A stretch of 64,000 bases of DNA from contig CAZOFG010000001.1 of the NCBI GenBank assembly GCA_964579125.1, forward strand, positions 109,928 to 173,927, read 5' to 3'. Positions 18,894-28,841 of the stretch are shown in pieces. The notes under the pieces are model-generated. The model was not told the origin of the DNA. It searched no databases and worked only from the letters and a program-made list of their open reading frames with translations. Both the position numbers and the translations under genes were made by a program. The stretch comes from an uncultured Halobacteriales archaeon. Lineage in GTDB: Archaea; Halobacteriota; Halobacteria; Halobacteriales; SKSH01. Position 1 is the stretch's first letter; each line of letters opens with the position of its first letter.

Positions 18894-19803
18894 ATTCGAT
18901 CGTTGCTGGCGGTTTGTGGGTCACGTCGTACACGACGCGCGCGACGTCCTCGTTCTCACCCGTGATGCGGCTTTGGATGCGTTGTAGCGTCTCCCAGTCG
19001 AGTTCTTGGGCGCGGGCGGTCATCCCGTCACGGCTGTCGACCGACCGAACGGCGACGACCCAACCATGGACCCGATTGTCGCCCTTCACGCCCGTGGCTT
19101 TGCCGATGACGGCCGCGAGGGCTTGCCACGGATCGTACTCGGTGAGTTCCGTCTCGACGACGTGATTCGCTTCGCGAGCGACGGTGAGTTTCTCCTCGGT
19201 GACTTCCCCCAAGACGCGCACCGCGAGGCCGGGACCCGGAAACGGCATCCGTTCAGCGATCGCCGCTTCGAGGTCGAGTTCGCGGGCGACCTCGCGAACC
19301 TCGTCCTTGTATAGCTCTCGGACCGGCTCGACGATCGTCTCGAACTCGATGGCCTCCGGGAGCCCCCCAACGTTGTGGTGCGATTTGATGTTCCCTTCAC
19401 TCTCGATTCGATCAGGGTAGATCGTCCCCTGAACGAGGACGGACGCCTGGACGTCCTCGGCCACCGCCTCGAATTCTCGGATGAATTGCTCGCCGATGAC
19501 CTGGCGTTTCTCCTCCGGGTCGGTGACCCCAGAGAGCGCTTCGAGGAAGCGCTCGCGGGCGTCGATGATGCGCAACGAATCCATGTAGGCGAAGGTCTCG
19601 CGGATCTGGTCGGTCTCGCCCTTGCGCATCAGGCCGGTATCCACGTAGACCGGGGTGAGCTGGTCCCCCACCGCCTCGTATGCGAGGGCCGCAGACACCG
19701 ATGAATCCACGCCGCCGGAGAGCGCGATGACGGCGCGTCGATCGCCGATACGGTCGGCAATCTCATCGATCGCGTCGGCAGCGAAACGCGCGGGATCGTC
19801 CAT
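18886..19803 (-). CDS. guaAb: GMP synthase, ATP-pyrophosphatase subunit B
   Basis: PP-loop [11 protein letters not shown] and the C-terminal GMP synthase dimerisation region ...KPPATIEYE. Confidence 0.93.
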   Translation of the reverse strand: MDDPARFAADAIDEIADRIGDRRAVIALSGGVDSSVSAALAYEAVGDQLTPVYVDTGLMRKGETDQIRETFAYMDSLRIIDARERFLEALSGVTDPEEKRQVIGEQFIREFEAVAEDVQASVLVQGTIYPDRIESEGNIKSHHNVGGLPEAIEFETIVEPVRELYKDEVREVARELDLEAAIAERMPFPGPGLAVRVLGEVTEEKLTVAREANHVVETELTEYDPWQALAAVIGKATGVKGDNRVHGWVVAVRSVDSRDGMTARAQELDWETLQRIQSRITGENEDVARVVYDVTHKPPATIEYE

Positions 19804-19805
19804 CC

Positions 19806-21455
19806 TTACGCCTCGAGTTCCTCTGGGGGTGTTCGTTCGTGTCGCTCCACCGCGGCGAGGAAGTGCTCGAACGGCGGGGAGGGGCTACCGGGGCGTGACG
19901 TGAATTCCGGGTGGAACTGCGTTCCGACGAAGAAGGGGTGGTCCGGATATTCGAGGATCTCCATCCGCGGGCCGCTCCAGCCCGAGAAGACCAACCCCGC
20001 GTCGGTGAGGTCATCGATGTACTCGGGATTGACCTCATACCGATGGCGATGCCGCTCGACGCACGTGGTGCCGTCGTAAATCCGAGACGCGAGGGTATCA
20101 GGTTCGATATTGGTCTCGTGGGCGCCGAGGCGCATCGTCCCCCCGAGGTCGTCGACATCCTCCTGTTCGGGGAGGAGATCGATCACCGGATGGTCGGTCT
20201 CCGCCTCGACCTCGGTAGAGTGGGCCCCCTCGAGACCGAGCACGTTGCGAGCGACTTCGACGACGGCCATCTGGAAGCCGAGACATAACCCGAGAAACGG
20301 CGTGTCCGTCCGTCGAGCGTATTCGACGGCGGCGATCTTGCCGTCCGTCCCACGACTACCGAACCCACCCGGGACGACGACTCCCTCCGCCGATTTGAGT
20401 CGGTCGCGGTGGGCTTCGGTCATTTCGTCGCTGGCGACCCACTGCACGTCGACCTCGAGGCCGTGTTCGAAGCCGGCGTGTTTGAGGGCCTCGTGAATCG
20501 ACATGTAGGCGTCCTCGAGCCCGTATTTGCCGACGAGTGCCACCTCGACGCTCCCCGATCGCTCCCGGGTGACGGTCTCACGCCAGCTCTGATCGCGCTC
20601 GGCGGGAGCCAGTGCCTCGTCGGTGAGATCGAGGTGGTCCATCGCGTACTGATCCAGTCCCTCGTCTTCGACGACCAGCGGAACCGTGTAGATATCCTCC
20701 ACGTCCGGATTGGAAAACACCGCCTCAGGCTCGACGTCGCAAAAGAGCGCGATCTTCTCCCGGGTTGATTGCTCGAGGCGGTCCTCACACCGGCCGACGA
20801 GCACGTCCGGTTGGAGACCGATCGAGCGTAACTCCTTCACACTGTGTTGGGTCGGCTTGGTTTTTTGCTCGCCGTTTTTCGAGTACGGGACCAGCGTCAC
20901 GTGCGTGAATAACACGTCCTCTTCGTCCTCCTCGTGGGCGAACTGACGCAACGCTTCGAGAAACGGCATGCCTTCGATGTCCCCGACAGTGCCCCCGACC
21001 TCGACGATACAGACGTCGGTGCCGACCGCCGCTTCGCGAATCCGGCGTTTGATGTCGTCGGTGACGTGGGGGATGATCTGGACGGTCCGCCCGAGGTAAT
21101 CACCCGAGCGTTCCCGGTCGATCACGTGTTGGTAGGTCTTGCCGGTCGTGATGTTGTGATCGGCCGTCATATCGACATCGAGGAAGCGCTCGTAGTTGCC
21201 CAAATCGAGGTCGACTTCGGCCCCGTCTTTGAGCACATACACCTCCCCGTGTTGGTACGGGTTCATCGTGCCGGCGTCGACATTCAGGTAGGGATCGATC
21301 TTCACCGCCGTCACATCGAAGCCCGCGTTCGTGAGCAAGCGACCGATGCTGGCGGCCGTGATTCCCTTGCCGAGCCCCGACATCACCCCGCCGGTGACAA
21401 AAATAAACTTCCGTCCGAGCGACGGGTCATACCCCGTCTCGCGGTCTGCGGGCAT
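19806..21455 (-). CDS. pyrG: CTP synthase
   Basis: [17 protein letters not shown] at the N-terminus and GATase nucleophile [11 protein letters not shown] at 21455 ([11 protein letters not shown]...); the track extension to 21788 is rejected. Confidence 0.95.
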   Translation of the reverse strand: MPADRETGYDPSLGRKFIFVTGGVMSGLGKGITAASIGRLLTNAGFDVTAVKIDPYLNVDAGTMNPYQHGEVYVLKDGAEVDLDLGNYERFLDVDMTADHNITTGKTYQHVIDRERSGDYLGRTVQIIPHVTDDIKRRIREAAVGTDVCIVEVGGTVGDIEGMPFLEALRQFAHEEDEEDVLFTHVTLVPYSKNGEQKTKPTQHSVKELRSIGLQPDVLVGRCEDRLEQSTREKIALFCDVEPEAVFSNPDVEDIYTVPLVVEDEGLDQYAMDHLDLTDEALAPAERDQSWRETVTRERSGSVEVALVGKYGLEDAYMSIHEALKHAGFEHGLEVDVQWVASDEMTEAHRDRLKSAEGVVVPGGFGSRGTDGKIAAVEYARRTDTPFLGLCLGFQMAVVEVARNVLGLEGAHSTEVEAETDHPVIDLLPEQEDVDDLGGTMRLGAHETNIEPDTLASRIYDGTTCVERHRHRYEVNPEYIDDLTDAGLVFSGWSGPRMEILEYPDHPFFVGTQFHPEFTSRPGSPSPPFEHFLAAVERHERTPPEELEA

Positions 21456-21570
21456 ACTGTGTGTGGCGGGCCGTGGACCTAAACCATTTCGACCGGGCAC
21501 GGCGAAAGTGGCGCGGGGTCCGTTCACCCCGGTCGGCACCCTTTTTAGCAACCCCCGGTATCGCACTCCT

Positions 21571-23400
21571 ATGCGGTTGTTGTTTATCCATTCGGACCAC
21601 CTCGAGTTCGAAGCCACCGAGGAAGTCGGTGACATGGCCGAAACCGAGGGGGTCCCGCTTGAGGGTCGATTGGAGGACTGTGTCGCGACGTTCATTAGTG
21701 TCGAAAGCGGCGACGGCAACGATATTGGCGCCGTCGTCGAAAACGCGGCGACAGAAATACGCGATGTCGCCGGGCAGCTGGAGACCACACGCGTCGTCCT
21801 CTATCCTTATGCCCATCTCAGCGACGATCTCGCATCGCCGGATGTCGCCACCGAGGTGCTCCAGCGCCTCGAAACGACCCTCGCCGACGAGTACGAGCTG
21901 TTGCGAGCGCCGTTTGGGTGGTACAAGCGCTTCGAGTTGCACTGTAAGGGCCACCCGCTCTCCGAACTGTCCCGACACGTCAGCGCGGAAATCACCGAAC
22001 GGGACGAGCCGGAAGAGCTGCCGCCGAGTGACTGGACGGTCTGTTTCCCAGACGGTGATCGAGCCGATCCGGAGTCGGCCCGTGCTGCTGTCGGGGATCG
22101 GATGCAAGCACTCATCGACGAGGAGGTCCACGGCGAGGCGGGCACCGGTGGCGAACCGGCTCATCTCTCGCTGATGCAGGAGAAGGCGCTTGTCGGCTAT
22201 GACGAGCTCAGTGACGTGGGGAATCTGCGATGGTATCCCCGCGGCAAGTTGGTCCGCGATCAGTTGATGGACTACGTCACCGACCACGTCATCGAGTACG
22301 GCGGCATGCCGGTCGAGACGCCGATCATGTACGATCTCGATGCACGCGCGATCAGCGAGCACGCCGACAAATTCGGCGAGCGCCAGTACCGCTTCGAAGC
22401 CGGCGATCGCAAGCTCATGTTGCGATTTGCCGCCTGTTTCGGGCAGTTCTCCATCATGCGGGATATGCACATCTCCGCCAACGATCTGCCGCTGCGAATC
22501 TACGAGATGAGCCGGTATTCGTTTCGCCGCGAACAACGCGGCGAGGTGTCCGGGCTGCGGCGACTGCGGGCGTTCACGATGCCGGATATGCACACCGCGA
22601 CCGCGGATGTCGAAGACGCCCTCTCGGAATTCGAGCGCCAGGCCGAACTCGCACTGGCCATCGGTGACGATCTCGCGGTTGGGTATGCCCCCATCTTCCG
22701 GATGACCGAGGACTTTCATGACGAACACCGCGAGTGGGTCGAATCCCTCGTCGCGGACCTGGATACGCCGGTCCTCATCGAGTTGCTCCCCGAGCGCGGC
22801 TATCGCTACTGGGTCGCGAAGATCGACTTCGCCGCCGTCGACAGCACCGGCCGACCCTTCGAGTGCTCGACGGTCCAGATCGACGTCGAAAGTGCGAATC
22901 GCTTCGATATCACCTATACCGATGGCGAGACCGACGCGGCCCCAACGATTCTCCATTATTCGCCCTCCGGTGGCATCGAACGGGTGCTGGCGGCCATCCT
23001 CGAGGACGCGGCAAAGGAATCGACGCCCCAACTGCCCACCTGGCTTTCACCCACGCACGTGCGCTTCATCCCGGTCACGCCCGATGAACACACCGACGCC
23101 TGCCTGGAGTACGCCGAGGACTTACAGACCGCCGGTATCCGGGCGGATGTGGACGAACGGGACGAATCCGTCGGGCGCCGCATTGCCCGCGCCGAAACCG
23201 ACTGGGTGCCGTACTACGTCGTGATCGGCGATCGCGAACTCGAGGGGGACACCATCGGTGTCAACGACCGCACCGCTGACGAGGAACGCGATATGACGCT
23301 CGGGGCCCTCAAGGACGCACTCACCGACGAGTTGGCGCCATTTCCCGACCGGCCGCTGTATCTCCCGACCCGTGTGAGCCGCCACCCGCGTTTCGTCTAG
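21571..23400 (+). CDS. thrS: Threonyl-tRNA synthetase (archaeal type with N-terminal editing domain)
   Basis: [18 protein letters not shown] (archaeal DTD-like editing domain) followed by a class II catalytic core and anticodon-binding domain. ATG at 21571. Confidence 0.95.
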   Translation: MRLLFIHSDHLEFEATEEVGDMAETEGVPLEGRLEDCVATFISVESGDGNDIGAVVENAATEIRDVAGQLETTRVVLYPYAHLSDDLASPDVATEVLQRLETTLADEYELLRAPFGWYKRFELHCKGHPLSELSRHVSAEITERDEPEELPPSDWTVCFPDGDRADPESARAAVGDRMQALIDEEVHGEAGTGGEPAHLSLMQEKALVGYDELSDVGNLRWYPRGKLVRDQLMDYVTDHVIEYGGMPVETPIMYDLDARAISEHADKFGERQYRFEAGDRKLMLRFAACFGQFSIMRDMHISANDLPLRIYEMSRYSFRREQRGEVSGLRRLRAFTMPDMHTATADVEDALSEFERQAELALAIGDDLAVGYAPIFRMTEDFHDEHREWVESLVADLDTPVLIELLPERGYRYWVAKIDFAAVDSTGRPFECSTVQIDVESANRFDITYTDGETDAAPTILHYSPSGGIERVLAAILEDAAKESTPQLPTWLSPTHVRFIPVTPDEHTDACLEYAEDLQTAGIRADVDERDESVGRRIARAETDWVPYYVVIGDRELEGDTIGVNDRTADEERDMTLGALKDALTDELAPFPDRPLYLPTRVSRHPRFV

Positions 23401-24434
23401 CGAGCCGCGCGAACGCCGGTGCCAGCCACCTCGGGATCGAGATCAATGGCACCACCTTCGCGTACGGGTCCATCAAAGGGATCCTCAGCCAGCAGTAACG
23501 ACCCATCGAGGTCGGCGTAATCGAGCATCGGTGCCAGTTGGGCACCCGCGGCGATCGATGCGTTACTCTCGGCCATGCACCCGAGCATCACCTCGAGACC
23601 GTGTGCCCGGGCCGTATGGACCATCCGCCGCGCCTCTAGCAAACCGCCGCATTTCATCAGCTTGAGATTCGCGATGTCGATCGCATCGGCGATGGCCGGG
23701 ATATCCTCGAGCGTGACGCAACTCTCGTCACCGGCGATCGGCAACGGCGAGTGATCACACACCGTCCGGAGGGCGTCCGGGTGTTCTGCCGGAACCGGCT
23801 GCTCGACGAATTCGACGTTATGCTCGGCGAGAAACGTGCACTTGGCGATCGCCTCCTTCGGCCGCCAGGCCTCGTTCGCGTCCACGCGGATGCGCACATC
23901 CGGCGCACTATCGCGAATCGCCGCGATCGCCCGCCGATCGTGGTCCGTACCGAGTTTGACTTTGAGAATGTCATAGCCTGCGTCGACGGCCGCGGCCGCC
24001 CGCTCTGCCATGACCGACGGATCGTCGATGCCGATCGTGTAGGAGGTCTCAACCGGTTCCGAAGGCAATCCCCAGAGGCGATGGAGGGCACAATCCGCCC
24101 GTTTGGCGACCAAGTCATGCAACGCGGTCGAGACTGCCGCTCGGGCAGCCGGGTTTCGTCGGACCGTAGCCTCGAGTTCGTCCTCGATGGCGACGAGGGG
24201 TTCCGGGGTCTCGTAGGTCTCCACGACCGACACCAACGACGGCATGACGGCCGCGACCGTCTCGGCGGTTTCCCCATAATGAGGAGAGGGGCCTGCCCCG
24301 CCGATGCCGGTGTGGCCGGCCTCGTCCGAGATTCGCACGATCACGTTCTCGGTCGCCGTGGTCGTCCCCCGCGCGATCGTAAATGGCCGATCCAACTCGA
24401 GGGTGACTCGCTCGAACGTCGCCGTCAGACTCAT
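23397..24434 (-). CDS. Enolase-superfamily epimerase/racemase (L-Ala-D/L-Glu epimerase-like; DgcA-like)
   Basis: ILKVKLG, RVDANEAW, FVEQP, IAGDES, ANLKLMKCGG are the metal and acid-base motifs of the MLE/AEE subgroup. ATG at 24434 overlaps the upstream gene stop. Confidence 0.85.
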   Translation of the reverse strand: MSLTATFERVTLELDRPFTIARGTTTATENVIVRISDEAGHTGIGGAGPSPHYGETAETVAAVMPSLVSVVETYETPEPLVAIEDELEATVRRNPAARAAVSTALHDLVAKRADCALHRLWGLPSEPVETSYTIGIDDPSVMAERAAAAVDAGYDILKVKLGTDHDRRAIAAIRDSAPDVRIRVDANEAWRPKEAIAKCTFLAEHNVEFVEQPVPAEHPDALRTVCDHSPLPIAGDESCVTLEDIPAIADAIDIANLKLMKCGGLLEARRMVHTARAHGLEVMLGCMAESNASIAAGAQLAPMLDYADLDGSLLLAEDPFDGPVREGGAIDLDPEVAGTGVRAAR

Positions 24435-25429
24435 GGGAGGACCTCCACGAGGGGCGATGGATCGAACCGTACGGGATCGGTACACGGGACCCCCAGTTCG
24501 GCTTCGACCTCCTCAATCGCCGCGCTGGCCGCATCCGACTCGAGTTCACGCGTGTTGAGCGAGACGCCGACGACTTCCGTCGGTGACACCTGTGAGCCCA
24601 GCTCCTCGTACAGGCGGGCTGCCTCGGGAAGATCGGGGAGTGCGAAGGACTCGTAGCCGTGGACCGCCTCACGACCGGCCTCGTGACACAGGACGATTCC
24701 ATCAGGCATCGACCCGTGTAGAATGCTCACGGTCACCCCCGAGTACGCCGGATGGGTGATACTGCCTTGCCCTTCGACGATCACGCGATCGTGCTCGTCG
24801 GCCTGCTGATCGATCATGCGCTCGACCGCTCCGGCGGCGAAATCGCTAATGACCCGATCGACCGCGATGCCCCACCCCTCAATCATGATGCCGGTCTGTC
24901 CGGTCGGGACGACGCCCGCCTCGGGGATCCCTGAAGCAAGCTCCATCGTCGTCGTCATCTTGCCCACCGAACAGTCGGTGCCGACGGTGAGTGTCACTGA
25001 GACGTCAAGGTCACGAACAGCGCCCGAGCTGACGGTGAGATCCGCCGGTGGGCGGCGCACATCGTGGAGCGTGACATCGTACTCGTCGGCGAGCGAGGCG
25101 AATTCGTCGTCCTCGATGAGGAAATAATGCAACCCTGAAATGATATCACACCCACGCTCGATGGCGGTGCGGACATCGGATCGCCAGGATTCCTCGAAGC
25201 CACCCCCAATCGGGGCAATCCCGATGATCAACGCGTCAACGTCCGAAACATCCGCCATGGACGCAACGATCGGTGCATCCTGAACGTCACTAACGTGATC
25301 GCTGACGCGCTCGCCAGTCCGATCGCGATCGAGGACGGCCACCACCTCGTGATCGCTGTAGCGAAGAATGCCGAGGGCGGTTTTCGCCCGCGAGGGGAAC
25401 TGTTCGTGCGCGAGAATGGCCACACGCAT
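24431..25429 (-). CDS. DUF1611-family protein (DgcN-like putative N-acetyltransferase)
   Basis: MRVAILAHEQFPSRAKTALGILRYSDHEVVAVLD.. and GIAPIGG.. resemble DUF1611. Translationally coupled to the epimerase. Confidence 0.8.
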   Translation of the reverse strand: MRVAILAHEQFPSRAKTALGILRYSDHEVVAVLDRDRTGERVSDHVSDVQDAPIVASMADVSDVDALIIGIAPIGGGFEESWRSDVRTAIERGCDIISGLHYFLIEDDEFASLADEYDVTLHDVRRPPADLTVSSGAVRDLDVSVTLTVGTDCSVGKMTTTMELASGIPEAGVVPTGQTGIMIEGWGIAVDRVISDFAAGAVERMIDQQADEHDRVIVEGQGSITHPAYSGVTVSILHGSMPDGIVLCHEAGREAVHGYESFALPDLPEAARLYEELGSQVSPTEVVGVSLNTRELESDAASAAIEEVEAELGVPCTDPVRFDPSPLVEVLP

Positions 25430-25476
25430 ATGGCCGGTCAATGGCCGGGTGTGTATTTAAAACATCAAACCGGCAC

Positions 25477-26382
25477 TTACAGCCGGTACAGCGTGGTCGT
25501 CCAAAACTGCTCGAACGCCTGTTCGAGGGCGTCCTCGGGCGATCCCGAAGCGTCGACCGTAGCGACCGTCGCATCCGACGGAGCCACCGCGTCGATCGCC
25601 TGCTCAGCCCCGGTGACGATCAGTTCCGATGGATCAGCGTCGGCGAGTTGGTCCCGAACGCGGTCGTAATGGGCCTCGATTTGTTCCTCTCGACGGCGTT
25701 CGAAGCGTGACTGTGAGAACCCACCCTTGGAATGGCGCCCCTGCACATCGCTGGTAAAGCCCTCGATATCAACGAGTTCGCCCGCCTCACACTGGCCCCG
25801 GGCGAAGAGATCGTCGCGCACGAGCACGAACGTCCCGGATCGGATCGGCACGAACCACGACCGACTCAACTCGACGTGATCGCTCCAGCCGGCAAAGGGC
25901 GCCGGAGGCCGTGGCGGATCGAGGGCCACCTCCATGAGACCGTACTGATCGAAAATACACAGACACGGAGTCGCATCGGCGACGAGGCCGGCCCGCCCTC
26001 CGAAGTGAGTTCGTACCGCCTCGGGCAGCTCATCAACGACCATGGCGGTGAACACCTCGGCGGCCCCATCACCGTTCCCTTCGATCGTCGCCAATACCTC
26101 CTCGCACTCGCGCCAGTCCAGTCGGGTTCGACCGCGCAGGCTGACCTCCTGATCGCTTCCCCGACGCTCGAGTTCCCCTTCGAGTTGTGCGATGCGATCC
26201 TCGAGGCGATTGACCTCCTCTTGGGCGTTCTGTCGGTCCCTGACTGCCTCCTGTCGGCGCTGATCCGCCGCCTCAAAGCGTCGCTCGAGCTCCGCGAGTT
26301 CGTCCTGACACGCCGCTAACTCGGATTCGAGGCGTTCGATCTCCTCCTTGAGGGCGGCGCGCCCGAGGAGGGAATCTAACAT
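25477..26382 (-). CDS. Coiled-coil protein with eRF1/Vms1-like (VLRF1/baeRF1-type) domain, putative peptidyl-tRNA hydrolase
   Basis: N-terminal ~75-aa heptad-rich segment. C-terminal region has the loop HSKGGFSQSRFERRREE (GGFSQ encoded at 25711-25725), resembling the eRF1 GGQ / Vms1 GxxQ loop followed by RF. Confidence 0.7.
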   Translation of the reverse strand: MLDSLLGRAALKEEIERLESELAACQDELAELERRFEAADQRRQEAVRDRQNAQEEVNRLEDRIAQLEGELERRGSDQEVSLRGRTRLDWRECEEVLATIEGNGDGAAEVFTAMVVDELPEAVRTHFGGRAGLVADATPCLCIFDQYGLMEVALDPPRPPAPFAGWSDHVELSRSWFVPIRSGTFVLVRDDLFARGQCEAGELVDIEGFTSDVQGRHSKGGFSQSRFERRREEQIEAHYDRVRDQLADADPSELIVTGAEQAIDAVAPSDATVATVDASGSPEDALEQAFEQFWTTTLYRL

Positions 26383-26413
26383 CGATGAGACAGACAGGGC
26401 GGGCGCGGTCCTT

Positions 26414-26770
26414 CTAGGTTCCGACGTTGGTCCCGTGCCCGTTGAGCCACATCAACTGCTCGGCGCGGTCTGGCTTCGCCACCAGCACGCCACACTCCGA
26501 TGGGGGATTCTCGATCGACGCGTCCGCCATCACGGACTCCGGCAGCGCGAGGGTGCCCGCGGGGACCGCCTCGTCCCCATGGACGACGAAGTGTCGCTGC
26601 CCCAACTTCATCACGATGGGTCGATCCAATCGGCTAAGTTCGGTCTCGTCGGCGAGCAACTCGTCGTTGACGCGTTCGAGTTGCGCCTGCTGCATAACGG
26701 GGCATTCGTCCGCCGAGGGCGTGACGAAGAGACGACCGATGTAATAGCTGTTCGAGAACTCCTCGAACAT
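26414..26770 (-). CDS. Small conserved hypothetical protein (118 aa)
   Basis: ATG at 26770 (MFEEFSNSYYIGRLFVTP...), acidic soluble protein 31 nt upstream of the Vms1-like gene. The rest of track ORF 26414..27598 is antisense to the regulator gene. Confidence 0.6.
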   Translation of the reverse strand: MFEEFSNSYYIGRLFVTPSADECPVMQQAQLERVNDELLADETELSRLDRPIVMKLGQRHFVVHGDEAVPAGTLALPESVMADASIENPPSECGVLVAKPDRAEQLMWLNGHGTNVGT

Positions 26771-26893
26771 GTGACGGTCTAACGTACCGCCAGTCCCCTT
26801 TATAGTTCTAACGCCGCTGCTCTCACCGGTGATATCCAGCGGGCCGGTCCGGGCAGATACCCTTTTCCCTCCTGATGCATTACCCCCATTCGT

Positions 26894-27547
26894 ATGGAAT
26901 CCGCCGAGCTCTTGGACCTTCTCGGGAACGAGACTCGTCGGAGGATTCTCGCATTGCTTGCGAGAAAGCCCTGTTATGTAACCGAAATCAGCGATGCGAC
27001 CGGCGTGAGTCCAAAGGCCGTCATCGATCACCTCGAGCAACTCGAAGACAACGGGCTCATCGAGTGTCGCCGAACGGACAATCGCCGCAAATACTTCTCG
27101 ATCTGTCAGGCGCAACACCTCGAAGTGACGATCGCACCCCACGAGTTCGGCACCATCAACGGCTATCTGCGCAATCACTCCCTCGATAACGGCCGATTTT
27201 CTCGCCTCGATATCGAGTTCTCGACAGAAACGGAGAGCGAACCGGCCGGTATCATCGAAACCCTCGAGGAGTTGCAGTCGCTCTCGGCCGAACTCTCCCG
27301 CGCACAACGGTTCGTTCACGGCGAGATGAATCGCCTCTATGAGGCCTTCCTCGAGGAGGCCTTCGCCGGCGACGGTGCCCGGCTCGATGTCGACGTCCTG
27401 CTCGCCCTCGAGGACGGCCCTCGGACGCGCCGGGAGTTGGCCAGACAGTTTGGCGTGCCGGCACGGGCCATCGATCGCTGCCTGCAGCGACTCTCGAGAG
27501 CGGACCTGGTGGAAGATACGCCTGACGGCTGGGCGCGCGCCATTTGA
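26894..27547 (+). CDS. ArsR-family transcriptional regulator with a second C-terminal wHTH
   Basis: N-terminal LLGNETRRRILALLARKPCYVTEISDATGVSPKAVIDHLEQLEDNGLI, a central helical segment, then C-terminal LLALEDGPRTRRELARQFGVPARAIDRCLQRLSRADLV. Confidence 0.8.
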   Translation: MESAELLDLLGNETRRRILALLARKPCYVTEISDATGVSPKAVIDHLEQLEDNGLIECRRTDNRRKYFSICQAQHLEVTIAPHEFGTINGYLRNHSLDNGRFSRLDIEFSTETESEPAGIIETLEELQSLSAELSRAQRFVHGEMNRLYEAFLEEAFAGDGARLDVDVLLALEDGPRTRRELARQFGVPARAIDRCLQRLSRADLVEDTPDGWARAI

Positions 27548-27596
27548 TCGGGTGAAACCGTATCGCTTGAATGGGAGGGTGACCAACCGAAGAGCC

Positions 27597-28841
27597 ATGC
27601 AACCGGGCGATCGCGTCGCCGTCGAGACGCCGACGGCAGCCTACGAGGGGATCGTGATGCCGTCGACGACGGCCGAGGAACTCGTGCTGAAAGAGCCCGA
27701 CGGCTACAATGTCGGGATCAATCGCGGCGAGGCGGCAGTCGACGTCCTCGAACGGGACGTCTACGCCATCGAGTCGGAGACGGACGACTCCGACGCGGGA
27801 GCCGTTACCTTTGACGACGATCTCCCTGAAATCGCTCTGATCAGCACCGGTGGGACGATCGCCTCCACGGTCGATTACCGAACCGGTGCGGTAACAGCTC
27901 AGTTCGATGCCGAAGACGTCCTCAAGGCCGTTCCCGAACTGTCCGGTCGAGCGAACTACCGCGGCCGGGTCGTTGCGAACATTCTCTCGGAGAACATGAC
28001 GCCGGCGGTATGGCAGGATCTCGCCGAGGCGATTTATGACGAACTCACCGCTGGGGTCGACGGCATCGTCGTCATGCATGGGACCGATACGATGCAGTAC
28101 ACGGCGAGTGCGATCTCGTTCATGATCGACACGCCCGTCCCGATCGTGTTTACCGGGAGTCAACGCTCGGCGGATCGTCCCTCGAGTGACAATGTGATGA
28201 ACGCCGTCTCCGCGGTTGAGGCGGCCAAGGCCGATGCCGCGGGAGTCTTCGTCTGTATGCACGCCACCGAGAGCGACGACCGCTGTGCCCTCCATCGAGG
28301 CACCCGAGTGCGCAAAAACCACACGAGCCGTCGGGATGCCTTCGAGACGGTCGGGGAGTTCCCGATCGGGTGGGTCGAGTTCGGTGACGATACCGTCAGC
28401 TTCGACCGACCCGTGCCCGCCCGGGACGAGGTGGCACCAGCTCTCACCCCTGACCTCGAACCGAATGTCGAATTGGTGAAGTTCACCCCTGGAATGAACC
28501 CGGACGTCTACGATCGCCTCGCGGATCGCGCGGGCGTGGTCATCGAAGGAACCGGCCTCGGCCACGTCCACACCGATCACATCGAACACGTGGCGGCACT
28601 GATCGAGGATGGGACGCCCGTCGTTATGACGAGTCAGTGCCTGGAAGGACGGGTGTGCGATCGCGTGTACGATACTGGGCGTGATTTGCTTGAGGCGGGC
28701 GTGATCGAGGGTGAGAACATGCTGCCGGAGACGGCCTACGTCAAACTCATGTGGGCGCTCGCCAACAGCGATGCGATCGCTGAGACGATGCGTACGCCGA
28801 TCGCCGGCGAACTCACCGAACGTAGCGTGCCGTGGCGATGA
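27597..28841 (+). CDS. gatD: Glutamyl-tRNA(Gln) amidotransferase subunit D
   Basis: N-terminal AYEGIVMP...DGYNVGI domain plus asparaginase-like LISTGGTIAS and VVMHGTDTM. ATG at 27597. Confidence 0.93.
   Translation: MQPGDRVAVETPTAAYEGIVMPSTTAEELVLKEPDGYNVGINRGEAAVDVLERDVYAIESETDDSDAGAVTFDDDLPEIALISTGGTIASTVDYRTGAVTAQFDAEDVLKAVPELSGRANYRGRVVANILSENMTPAVWQDLAEAIYDELTAGVDGIVVMHGTDTMQYTASAISFMIDTPVPIVFTGSQRSADRPSSDNVMNAVSAVEAAKADAAGVFVCMHATESDDRCALHRGTRVRKNHTSRRDAFETVGEFPIGWVEFGDDTVSFDRPVPARDEVAPALTPDLEPNVELVKFTPGMNPDVYDRLADRAGVVIEGTGLGHVHTDHIEHVAALIEDGTPVVMTSQCLEGRVCDRVYDTGRDLLEAGVIEGENMLPETAYVKLMWALANSDAIAETMRTPIAGELTERSVPWR

Noticed and set aside
21427-23031. 534-aa ORF antisense to thrS
   Set aside because: Same reasoning as above. 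thrS on the plus strand has clear class II synthetase and editing-domain features, and the antisense product is low-complexity and basic.
26771-27598. Upstream 276 codons of track ORF 26414..27598 (394 aa)
   Set aside because: This part is antisense to the ArsR-type regulator gene and is Arg/Gly-rich. Only the last 118 codons (from ATG 26770) look like a real acidic haloarchaeal protein.
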